Positions 1 to 11,217 of a stretch of DNA of 64,000 bases are shown here, piece by piece. Positions within the stretch are counted from its first letter, which is position 1; each line of letters begins with the position of its first letter. Position numbers and translations under genes: made by a program. Source of the DNA: Haliotis rubra (lineage: Eukaryota); NCBI RefSeq assembly GCF_003918875.1, contig NW_025767000.1, forward strand, positions 992,001-1,056,000, written 5' to 3'. Under the pieces are notes generated by a model that was not told the origin of the DNA, ran no database searches, and worked only from the letters and a program-made list of their open reading frames with translations.

Positions 1-379
1 TTATATATTATTACTTAAACACCTGCAGAAATCACTTATTCATATAAAACACACAGACAAATATATTGTGTGAGCTTTAAGAAATATATATACAAATATG
101 TTATATTGTGTGACATATGATACATGCATGGTACATGCATGTTGTTATATTGACTTAATAACTATATTGTCTACTATATACATCTCACTTTGTTTTAATT
201 GGTTTGTTAATTTTGAGAACACTGGGAGTGAAGTCACTCATGTAGAACATCACCTCCCTTCTCCCGGACTGTCGTCAAGTAATTTGGACGGATTATTTCT
301 TGTTGTCGACAGTCCGGGCATAAACCCTGGTGAGTGGACGTTAACCACGTGAATGTAGCTAGAAATTTATTGCGCAGTA

Positions 380-920
380 TTGTCACTTCGACCCCAACCA
401 CGCTTCCGAGGAAGAAATCGTTATGTCATGCCAAATCCTGTTGGCCATGATTAAAATACATATTTAACTGCCAGTAGAAAGTAGTTTTGATTTTCTAACT
501 TGATGAAAACAAGCCATAATCTCATTAATTCTTTAACAGACTTTAGCCCGTGATGTTACGATTATTAAAATTGGCAGCGCCCTGTCGCGAACATCCGCCA
601 GTCTGAGAATAAATGCTATTTAGGGTTGTTTTCACCGAGTTACAAAATCAAAACTACTTTCTACTGGTAGTAAAATATGTATTTGATTGATGGCCAATAG
701 GATTTTGCACGACATATCTTATAACATAACAATTTCTCTCGTGGAAGCGAGGGTGGGTGTCAGTATAACACTACTTACAATATTATTGTCACTTCCACCA
801 CAACCTCGCTTCCGAGAAAGAAATCGTTATGCTTCAAGTTGTGTCATGGAAAATCTTTTTGGTCATCAATCATATATTTATTGTACTACAACTAGTAAGT
901 AGTTTTGATTCTTTAACTTC
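380..920. repeat. Fold-back/MITE-like element: three diverged ~150-bp units in forward/reverse/forward order
   Basis: Unit TTGTCACTTC..CGCTTCCGAG..AGAAATCGTTATG..GTAGTTTTGATT occurs at ~380-540 and ~785-920; its reverse complement is at ~600-770. Confidence 0.7.
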
Positions 921-1178
921 CGCGAAGCGATCTGAACACATTTAAGATATCGTTCCAAACTTCCACAACGCTCGCTTCGCACTCACAAACATAACCCATT
1001 TAGCACGAACTACGGGGTCCGGTGGAAATTAGTGCATGGTGACACCATCACTTGACCCCCTAGGAGGGCAACGCAACGATTGACGGCAACGCAACGATTC
1101 GTTTTGCTTTGAGTAAGTTTCGTTGTTCAGACCATCCTTTAATGTTTTAATATGGGCGAAAAGTAAATATAAAACAAC

Positions 1179-1424
1179 ATGAGCGATTCTGCCCTCTGTG
1201 TATTGTACACCATTGAATCAGAATACCAATTCTTTATTGAATGTTCATTTTACTATGATCTGAGAAACAGCCTGCTCCCACAATACGACATAAATAATCC
1301 ATGCGAAACTAAATTTATCAACTTATTATTGTCTTGCAATTCTACAACTGTTAACAATCTTGCTAAGTTTATATTTCTTGCATTGACAAAAAAGAGCGAG
1401 GTTTTTGAGTATAAGATTAAATGA
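1179..1424 (+). mobile_element. Decayed 3' end of a non-LTR retrotransposon ORF2 (C-terminal zinc-knuckle region)
   Basis: LCVLYTIESEYQFFIECSFYYDLR resembles the CxxC..EDExHFxxxCxxYxxLR motif of LINE ORF2 C-termini. Confidence 0.6.
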
Positions 1425-1821
1425 GACATTGTACATGTTAGCATACAGCTTAATATTATATATGGCGCTGGATTGTATTGTCATCTTTATAATTGTATAA
1501 CGGGTGAGTGGCCCTTGTACGAAATTAACTCTCACTCACTAGATATATGCTTACGATGACACATATTTAAACTAAACGTGACAAAATTCACTTTTCACCC
1601 AAACATTGAGCATTTAAAATGTGTTCACCACTGCAATTTCGACTAGTCAAGTCGATAATCCTTTCGTAAATCCCTTAAACAATCATTACTAAAACAACAC
1701 TAAACATCAAAGACTACCGCCAGTCGCCATAACGCCCCCCATGAAACACTCATGCCGCTACAGCAATTAGCCCATGCAGAACAATAATTTACCATCACCC
1801 ACCAGTTATCTCCCCTTGCGG

Positions 1822-1965
1822 ATTTTTCCAAAATTGGAAATCTCACATTTCCAACATTGGAAATTTTTGGAAACATCATCTTTCCAAAATTGGAAATGTC
1901 TTGGAAACATCATCTTTCCAAAACTGGAAATTTCTTGGAAACATCATCTTTCCAAGACATTTTCA
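1822..1965. repeat. ~33-bp tandem repeat with internal palindrome (TTTCCAAAATTGGAAA)
   Basis: About 4 copies of TTTCCAAAATTGGAAATTTCTTGGAAACATCATC. Confidence 0.75.
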
Positions 1966-2476
1966 AGCTTGTAAATGTGGATTTTATCCAGTGTTAAACA
2001 GTGATGCATGTCTTGTCAGCTGCTTGGAAATGGGGAACCTTGCTGACAAATTGCAATGGTATTTTCATTTTCTGGTAATATTTCGCTCTACCTTCATTAT
2101 GAGATTGTTTTGAATTTCTATGTTCTTAATACATGGACGTGACAAACAGTGGATTTTCTATATTTTTAAGTTAAGAAATGTAATATGTTCATTGTGACAA
2201 GTAAACTTGTGTTTCTTAATTTAAACAATTTGTGGATTTTGTATGTTTTGAAATTGCTTATTGATATTTCGAAGATCCATTCAAAAAAGTTAGTGCACTA
2301 TTGATATCTCTAGCCTTTACCCCGTGACACTACGCCTATATAGGTTATTTGTGACCTTGATGTGGGATCAGTGGGTCAAAGGTTACCAGCTTGTGGAAGT
2401 CGTGCATTTAGATAAATCTCGTCAAACATACCTTTTCTGCTTTCTCGTTATAAACTTATTTATAGAATAATATTTC

Positions 2477-2616
2477 AGTGAGTGGGTGAGTTCAAATTAA
2501 ATCACGGCGGGGGAGACCGGAACTGGGCTGCATACTTTGTACCCATGTGGGGAATCGAGCCCGGGTCTTCAGTGTGACGAACGGACGCTTTGATCATGAG
2601 GCTACCCCATTGCCCC
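2477..2616 (-). mobile_element. tRNA-derived SINE, family 1 (ACTC tail), degenerate
   Basis: B-box-like head and (ACTC)n tail on the minus strand; matches the other family 1 copies. Confidence 0.75.
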
Positions 2617-2762
2617 TAATACGTTATCAGCCCCGTGGCCAGGTACAAGATTTTGGTGAGTTTCGTACACTGCTTATTGAATGTCTACAACTTGCAGATC
2701 TATGCAAACTGTTGTAACGGCTTGCTTGTCTATGTGGAATTTATCGATACCTGTTTGATCTA

Positions 2763-3345
2763 TTCTAGGCACATAAAGAAACTGTGCATACAAAAATTTA
2801 AAATCTAAATTTATCAAACCTGTGTAGACACATATGGATTTAAACTCAGAGATTGGTGACATGTATCCAACATGCATGCACGTGCCACGTTCCGTGATGT
2901 CAGTGGGTTCGTCCTTGAGACGTGCAATACGTTGTTGCACGTGCATTCCGGGAAAGAGAAACAGAGCAAATGAATGCCACACAATACTGTCACTTTGGAA
3001 AGCTCAACCCCTGCCCTTGCGATCGTTCAAAAAATTAAACGGCTAATAAAACGCATAGCATGCCAAGGCTCACGTCTGCACAACGTCATGAGACCATTGG
3101 GATGGTCCGTGGGGGAATGTCTCAACGGCAAGTGGCTGCACATTTCCACTGCCACCCGAACACCATTTCTGCACTGGTGAGACGCTACCAGAACACAAAT
3201 GACGTCATCGATCGGCCACGTTCTGGACGTCCACGTGTAACATCGCCAAGACAGGACATATGGATAAGGGTGACCCATCTTCGCCACAGGTTTCAGACAG
3301 CAGTGATGACTGCCCGAACGATCCCAGGACTTCGCCATATCGAAT
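2763..3345 (+). mobile_element. Tc1/mariner element, 3'-truncated; N-terminal HTH region of the transposase (ORF 3060-3362)
   Basis: TA followed by a TIR (TTCTAGGCACATAAAGAAACTGTGCA) like that at 38346. The ORF MPRLTSAQRHETIGMVRGG..DRPRSGRPRVT contains the Tc1 GRPR motif. Confidence 0.85.
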
Positions 3346-3748
3346 ATGGATACAATATGTGAAGCCCACTTCTGGTTTCCCCCGCCTTGATATTGCTGGA
3401 ATATGGAATATTGCTTAAAGCGGCGTAAAACTAAACTCACTCACTCTATTGTCGTACTCAGGAGGCCCATGTTATATACGTACTTGGTGTGAGGCATCAA
3501 CAAAACAGTCTTAGTCTGGCGAAAAATGGAAATATTCACCCTATTTCCAAGAGCTTTAGAACAGGAATTTAGGAACATGAACCACTCATTCACTCTGTGA
3601 AACACGCACTCAACAGGCAAATGCGGTCGTTAGGGCATAAATTCTGTGGAACAATTCTCAGTTTATATTCGCAAAGTACGCAATGTTTTGATTCCGGTAA
3701 AAATTCTGCTTTTCAGTATCGTCCCAACAGACAACAGTCAGAAACACT

Positions 3749-6000
3749 ATGGCATCTGTGGAAGTAAGTGAAGACAACTCCGGATTTGTTGACAACTGGC
3801 AAAGTGGGAAGACCTTGGCGGAGTGTAACCTCCATATGTTGACCTCCGAGGATTCATGTGACGTCAGCTTCAGGGTTGGGAAAGAAGGGACGCCAGTCCG
3901 AGCTCACCGATATGTTCTGACGAGTCGGAGTTGTGTGTTCTACGCCATGTTGTGTGGCCCCCTGGCGGAGAAAGAGGACATCAAGATCCCAGATGTGGAG
4001 GAGGAACTATTCTCTGAAATGTTGAGGTATATGTATTGTAACTGTCATTATCACACACAGGATTTGGTCAGTTTCGTATAAACGCCTAGCTGGTTAACGC
4101 TAGAAATAAGTTGCAATTTAAGTCTTCTATTATGATACAACATTTTCTATCATTTGAAAACTGTTTTAATTCAAAATCAAAACTTGCTCTTCCCTGGGCT
4201 CACCTAACATTTATTGTGATTTTAGAGAACTAATTATGAATTGAATGAAGTGTAATGATCCCAGATGTGGAGGAGGAACTATTCTCTGAAATGTTGAGGC
4301 ATATATCTATGACGGTTAACTGTCCTTGTCATACATAAATGCCTACCTGGTAAAATATGCCATTTAATTCTTTTATTATGACGCAACATTTCTCAATCAT
4401 TTAATAAAAATATATTTTAATTTAAAATCAAAAGTTGCTCTCTCATGGTCGGTCATTCATGGTGATTTTAGAGATCTAATTATGAATGAGGTGGCAAAAG
4501 AGTTTGTGACAAGGGTATTTTTACAACAATAAGCACCATCGCTAATACAATACAAGGTCACCAGAAGTATAAGTATAATAACTCATCACATTACAAGTCC
4601 CCGCAGGACATTAACTAATTAATACAGTCAAAAACCGATATGTCGAGGTTAAAGAGGGGTTCGCAGGGTAAAGACTAAATTCTGGCTTTTACTTCGAGGC
4701 AACCAGAGGTCCGACACATCGGTGTTTTACTGCACTGTTAACAAACACCGGTCATGTGCTGGCTACCTTTAAGGGTTACATATATTGTAACGAAGATTTT
4801 AAGTTTATAAATTCATGAAGGTATGGTACGTCTAGTACCTTGTACCGATACATTACACGAAGATACAGTTTATACTAAAAGTCAAACTTTGCTCAAACAT
4901 TATACAAGGCCTAATTGTCATGAATATATATCACTTACAGGTACCTGTACACAGACACGACAACCGTGACTGCTGAGAATGTGACAGGTCTGTTGTACCT
5001 GGCCAAGAAGTACTCCGTGGGGGGTCTTGAGCGTCTGTGTGTGGCTTACCTGGAATCGTCCCTGACGGCAGAGAACGCCTGTGTCATCTTGGAACAAGCC
5101 CACGTCTTTGATGAGGAGAAGCTCTTTGACAGGGCTCTGGAGCTTGTTGTCAAACATTGTGGTACCACTGTTAAAAGCTCTGGCTTCACATCACTTTGTG
5201 CTTCTTGTTTTCATAAAGTTGTAAGCGCAGATTATTTCTTAACAAATGATGAAACAAGTTTCAATGCTGTCCTCTCGTGGGCCGAGTCAGAGTGTAAACG
5301 CCAAGGAAGGGAGATAACGCCGGAAAACAAACGTCTAGTTCTGGGAGAAGCAGTGTATAATATTTCCTTCACCTCCATGGACACCGAGATGTTTGCAAAA
5401 ACAGTTGTACCATCAGGGATATTATCAAGTGATGAAAGTAACAAACTGTTGTGCTACCTGATCTCAAATAATACTGATGTGGCTCCTTTCAAGATGAAGC
5501 CAGAGCTTCACATGGGGGTCAATCTGTATGCAAGTCAAATTCAATCAAGAACCAGTCAACAGGATTCTAGCAACTCATCCGGAACGAGTCGAGAGGATTC
5601 TAGCATCATCATCTCATGCAGCCAGGACATGCGCCTGACTGGTGTCTGGGCATATGGTGACGATAGCTGCATATATAACATTTCTCTAGACCAAGAAGAG
5701 TCACATACGAGTCAGTCTCACAATCTGAGATCGTATACTACTGTTAAGACCTGGGTTCAAAGAGAAGTATCAGCTGTGTTAGAGAGAAGTATTCCCAACA
5801 AGGTCCATCTGAAGCTGTCAGAGGTACTGATTCTAGAAAAATTACGCAGATATAGAATTGCAGTTACAAGAGAGTCAAATAAAAGTGGATTCTTGGGCTC
5901 CTCCGTATTCAATAATATCACACTTGGTGAATGCCAGATATCAGTTAAGGAAGGAAGTGGCCCGGGTCTCATTTCCAGTCTCATAATTGAGCATAAGTGA
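3749..6000 (+). CDS. BTB/POZ-BACK protein with divergent PHR-like C-terminus (BTBD1/2/3/6-like), copy A1; exons 3749-4026 and 4941-6000, ~445 aa
   Basis: Motifs DNWQ..CDVSFRVG..VRAHRYVL..SCVFYAMLCG and YLYTD..LYLAKKY. The GT-AG phase-2 intron joins in frame and the ORF is open to TGA at 5998-6000. Confidence 0.92.
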
Positions 6001-6840
6001 GACAACACACTGGCATGCATAGTGCTCCTCAAACAGTATACAGAACATGCTTGGGTAAAACTGTGATGAATGACTTGTCAACAACAACTACTCGGAAACG
6101 TTGAGAACAAATTTCAGAATGTCTTCACTATATAACAAATGCAAATTTGAGCTGCCAGGCTGTGTGAGATTACACATTAGCATGAGTATCTTCAGCACTG
6201 GAAAATACATTTAACGTCTTTGATATATTAAGACCGAAAAGTATGTGTCACGAAAATATATACTGTATATTTCAATTAGCATGGCCTGCCATCAGACAGC
6301 TTCCTCTTTAGCTGCCATCTTTGACACTATAAGGTCCCATCTTCAACGTCCTTTGTTTTGAAATGCTGTAATTGATTATTATTGTACCATAATGTCGCGG
6401 GTCCTGGCCGCTCATAAATCGGACTGAGGCGTAGTTGATTAAAATCTGTTTATTCTGTAAAATACATATATGGACATCAATGTAATATGATGTATGGCCG
6501 AGGGGTGTATCAACTCACCTCGGCCTTGGCGTGACATGAAGTGGCAAATATGAAGATGCCTACGTCACGGAACAGGTAATGCACGAGATGTCACGGAACA
6601 GGTAATGCACGAGATACTACTGGTATTACAACGAGAGTAAGAGTGATAGAAGAAGCGCTCGTAAATGAGCAGAGAGGAATAAAGTAAGAGATACGCAAAT
6701 GTATAGGGAAATACATCCGGCGACAATAATTCTACTATAATTCTTATTTATGTGCTGTATTAAGTGAGAATGTTTCTAGAATGTTATTTAATTGAATATA
6801 TATTGCATAAGTTTCTGTATATCAAATGCTTTTTCGCCAA

Positions 6841-6975
6841 GAGTGAGTGAGTGAGTGAGTTTAGTTTTACGCCGCTTTTAGCAATATTCCAGCAATATCA
6901 CGGCGGGGGACACCAGAAATGGGCTTCACACATTGTACCCATGTGGGGAATCGAACCCGGATCTTTGGCGTGACC
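6841..6975 (-). mobile_element. tRNA-derived SINE, family 1, 5'-truncated
   Basis: GGGTTCGATTCCCCACATGGGTACAATGTGTGAAGCCC..(ACTC)n on the minus strand. Confidence 0.85.
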
Positions 6976-7019
6976 CATTAGGTTGAACTGCCCCTTTTCG
7001 TCAAGAAATAGTGCTCTAT

Positions 7020-7143
7020 TCACCCTGAACCTTGTATAGTTGAGTTGAGTTGAGTTGGGTTTTACGTTGAGTTGAGTTGGGAATAATGCCGATGTGACGT
7101 AAAACCCACTCAACTCAACTCAACTATACAAGGTTCAGGGTGA
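7020..7143. repeat. Near-perfect ~47-bp inverted repeat around a SINE tail
   Basis: TCACCCTGAACCTTGTATAGTTGAG..TTTTACGT (7020-7067) versus ACGTAAAACCC..AAGGTTCAGGGTGA (7097-7143). Confidence 0.9.
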
Positions 7144-8583
7144 CCTGCAACGTCCCATAGTATATTGGAGGGATTCGTTTGACAATATCCGTAATAAACT
7201 ACACGCTTGCTATATCTATGGTAAGAATATGTGAACGATTCTTATTACTCCATTATCGCTTAAAACATTTCCATAACACAGTATCGAAGCCGATAATTAA
7301 TTTATCGTCTTATCACGCTTCTCCATGGTATCAAAAACCAAGCACATCACCTGAGGCCATGTGACTTGGAGGGGGTTAAGCACACTGACGTACAGCCAAC
7401 AGAGGTTATGTAATGAAACATGACTCAGTTAATACAGAGATGTCTGGAATGTAACAAAACCAGGAATTTTAACCCCAAAAAGGTTTCTTCTCCAGACTTA
7501 ACGCCGAAGACCCGGTTTCGATTTCCTACATGGTAACATTGCGTGAAGCCTATTTCTGGTGTCCCCCGCCGTGAAATTGCTTGAATATTGCTAAGAGCGG
7601 CGTAAAACTAAACTACGCTTGCTGACTCAGATCTACAGGAAGCAGATTATGATTCAGATCTCTCTTTAACTTATTAATGAATGGTCCATGTCAATATAGT
7701 ACTCAGTGTGTAGTTTTAAAGTTAAACACTGAGCAGTAAATGATTCTCTTTTAAAAAGTGGTGACTTTACTTTAACCATGGTGATTTTAAGTTGATTAAA
7801 TCCATGTTTCAGACCGCTGGCTTACTTGTTTTTTGAATTATGTAGATTTGAGGAATTTGCAATGATATTTTCATTTAATTTGATGTTGCTTAAAAAATTA
7901 TGCAGTCTTTGTTTTGTCAAGTAAATAGATGTATCATTAGTTCAACACTGATAACAGGTTGTTGGTTTTGTATATTTTGGAGATGACAATGTGATTTAAA
8001 TCACTCCATTCAAACAGTTAATTCAGAATTAATAGTGATATATCTCCAGCCTTTACCCTCAGTGACACTATGATGAGATTATTTGTGAACCTGATGTGCG
8101 TTCAAAGGTCATCTGCTTGAAGAAGTTGTGCATTTCAATAAAGCCCTTCAGTAATACCTTTTCTGCTTTTCTTTTATACATTTTTAATCGAATAATATTT
8201 GACAATGTTCATAGGACTGGTTGGTTTTCAGTGGGGCTGGTAGTTTTGATGGTAGTGAGTGAGTATGGTTTTACGACACTTCTAGCAATATTCCAGCAAT
8301 ATTTATCCACTGGAATCTCCCAACTGACTCACACATCGTACCCATGCGGGAATTCGAACCTGGGTCACCAGACCATCATGCTACCCCACCGCCCCTTATA
8401 CGCTGTGAGACCCAATGTGCAAAATTTTGGCGAGTTTTCGCACAATGCTTATTGTATGTCAAGAACTTGCAGATCTATGCAGTCTGATATTTAACGGCTC
8501 GACGAGAACCACAGTCGCGGATGATAATCATATTAATATTATAGACTATTCTGATCACCGATCCCGCCTAGCCCATATTTTCA

Positions 8584-8636
8584 GTCACGTGACAGACAGT
8601 CAGAGTTCGACATTGCGCTCAATACCACAGGTAAGA
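8584..8636 (+). promoter_or_regulatory. Putative promoter and non-coding first exon of B1: GTCACGTGAC E-box followed by a splice donor
   Basis: GC box CCCGCC at ~8563, GTCACGTGAC at 8584-8593, CAG/GTAAGA at 8630/8631, and acceptor CCTTCAG at 10097 just before the ATG. Confidence 0.55.
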
Positions 8637-9379
8637 CGGTTTGTCATGGTACTTGTTGTTGACACATGTATAATTGAGGTAAACACCACAAAATCTGATG
8701 AGGTGTTCCAGTACATGTGTTTTGTGGAATGTGAATAAGTACCTCCCCCCTCTCATCCAAACCCCCAATCTTCTTCGTAAATAGACTTTAGCCAGTAAAA
8801 GCTACCTGCACAGACAAGTGCAGTGACAGGTTCTCCCCTCGCACTGCGACACGTGGGGAAAACCACGAACACACTGACACGTGTAATTCAGTGTGGTGGA
8901 TGTCGGATAAGTCGACATACTCACATCAGTAAATATCAGTTATTTGAATGCAACAACTAGTTCTCATGAAATACGTGAATGACAATAACAAGTCATCATT
9001 CTTTCCGGTTTGTAATGTCAATGAACATTATGCGAGTTGTCATGGATATCCTACGAACGGAAACATGTAGATATCACGTACATGATATACGTTTCCATAC
9101 AGATGTAAGTACAGATACACATACTGATAACACACATTTTTCATATGATATTGATTATAACAACAAAAATACACCATGTGTATCGCTTGGATGCGGAAGT
9201 AAACAATGTACAGGGGAGATATCTCGTGCTGACCCAGCTGGGTATTTTCATACAGCTTCTGCCGACAGTGCAAGCTTTCGTTAATATCAGAACGTGTATA
9301 TAAAGTTGTACTGAATCCACCATGAAGCAAAGACAGTGCCTGTTTTCAAATTACATTTAAACACCCCTGTGTCGCTCAT

Positions 9380-9545
9380 GGAGTGAGTGGGTGAGTGAGT
9401 TTAGTTTTACGCCGCTTTCAGTAATATTCCAGCAATATCACGACGGGAACACCAGAAATGGGCTTCACACGTTGTACCCATGTGGGGAATCGAACCCGGG
9501 GATTCGGCGTGACGAGCGAACGCTATAACCACTAGGCTACCCCAC
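9380..9545 (-). mobile_element. tRNA-derived SINE, family 1
   Basis: A-box TAGCCTAGTGG, B-box GGTTCGATTCC and ACTC tail on the minus strand. Confidence 0.85.
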
Positions 9546-10456
9546 ATGAACGGAAGCGAAGAAACGTTCGATGCATTTTACGGATTTAGAGTAATCCCAA
9601 ATAAAACACAATCAAACAGATTAATATTCGAGTGACAATCAGTAAAGCATATTGGACGCTTAAACTAGCAATATCGTGTTTAGTTATTGGTAAAAAAGAA
9701 GACAATGGCTTCGTATTATATTATTTTTTTGTTAAATGGTAAATTATATAACATACCTATACTCATAACATAGATTATCTTTCACGTGGCTGAAATATGC
9801 GTGACTGAATGAGATTGAGATGCCCATGAATGGCAGAAGGAAAGTGCAATGTCGACATTTCATACATGCATTTGATAAAGATGGAATCGTTCAATGGTGA
9901 TTTCCTAATGTTCTTTTTGTTGTTTTTATTGTCCCCAAGACACACAGTCTTATGGGTTTCACCGATGTTGTAAATATCACGATTCGATTTTTCACAGATC
10001 GCCTTGTTTTCATATTTCTAATTGCGGCTTTAAACAACGTTCGTTCAGTCGGCTGAGTTGACGTCAGCAAGATCTTCAAAGGGTGCCATTCCTTCAGATA
10101 GCAACTGCAAACATCAATGGCCTCAATAGAAGTAAGAGAAGACAACTCTGTGTTCGATGACAACTGGCAAAGTGGGAAGTCCCTTGCAGAGTGTAACCTC
10201 CATATGTTGACCTCTGAGGATTCTTGTGACGTCAGCTTCCGGGTTGGGAATAATGAGAGGATAGTCTGAGCCCACCGATATGTTCTGATGAGTCGGAGTA
10301 GTGTGCTCCACGCCATGTTGTGTGGCCTCCTGGCGGAGAAAGAGGAAATTAGGATACCTGATGTAGAGGAAGAAATATTTAATGACATGTTGAGGTAGGT
10401 GATGGTCAGTGTTGTGCTTTGTTCGTCTTGTAGACGGTGTCTAAAAGTCCTTCGGG

Positions 10457-10700
10457 TCCATGAGGATCCGGGTTAGAATTGGTCTTCAGCAACCCATGCT
10501 TGTCGTAAGAGGCGACTAACGGGATCGGGTGGTCAGGCTCGCTGACTTGGTTGACACATGTCATCGCATCCCACTTGCGTAATGATCGATGCTCATGCTG
10601 TTGATCACTGGATTGTCTGGTCCAGACTCGATTATTTATAGACCGCCGTCATATAGCTGGAATATTGCTGAGTGTGGCTTTAAACAACCAAACCAAACCA
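10457..10700 (+). mobile_element. SINE-like family 2 (head ACCCGTGAAGATCCGGG, no recognisable tRNA head)
   Basis: GCTTGTCGTAAGAGGCGACTAA hairpin and tail GCTGGAATATTGCTGAGTG..AAACAA; more than 10 copies in the window. Confidence 0.8.
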
Positions 10701-10971
10701 AAAGCCCGTCGGTGCTTCGGGATGCCCACACACTGATACTGATAAAACTGAAATATTGCTGTAAACATTCACTCACTCACCTTGGTTGAAAAAGACAAAA
10801 AATATCTGTCAGTTTATTCAGTTCAAATCTCTAACACAATTAAGGCATCAAGAATTCAGAATAATAGCCATCAACCTCTACCAGTTAAAGTGGACTACCA
10901 GCATTTGAATGCAGCATTTTACTGTCTCGGACTAGCAGACTAGCGTGCATTTTGCATTCACGTCCTCGTTA

Positions 10972-11217
10972 TGAGTGAGTGAGTTTAGTTTTACGCCGCA
11001 CCCAGCAATATTCCAGCTCTGTAGCGGCGGTCTGTAAATAATCAGATCTGGACCAGACAATCCAGGGATCAACAGCGTGAACATCAATCTACGCAATTGG
11101 GATACGATGACATGTGTCAACCCAGTCAGCGAGCCTGACCACCCGATCCCATTAGACGCCTCTTACGACAAGCAAGGGTTACTGAAGATCAATTCTAACC
11201 CTGATCTTCACGGGTCT
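10972..11217 (-). mobile_element. SINE-like family 2, inverted relative to the 10457 copy in the same intron
   Basis: Reverse complement of the family consensus. Confidence 0.8.

Noticed and set aside
10267-10269. Selenocysteine recoding of the B1/B2 TGA
   Set aside because: It aligns to Arg (CGA, a CpG transition) rather than Cys, and I saw no convincing SECIS in the 3' flank; the hairpin there is a Penelope fold-back.
9891-10388. Antisense ORFs over the BTB and PAO exons (e.g. 9891-10388, 29466-29918, 46136-46585)
   Set aside because: They are shadows of the sense coding frames, with no independent motifs.
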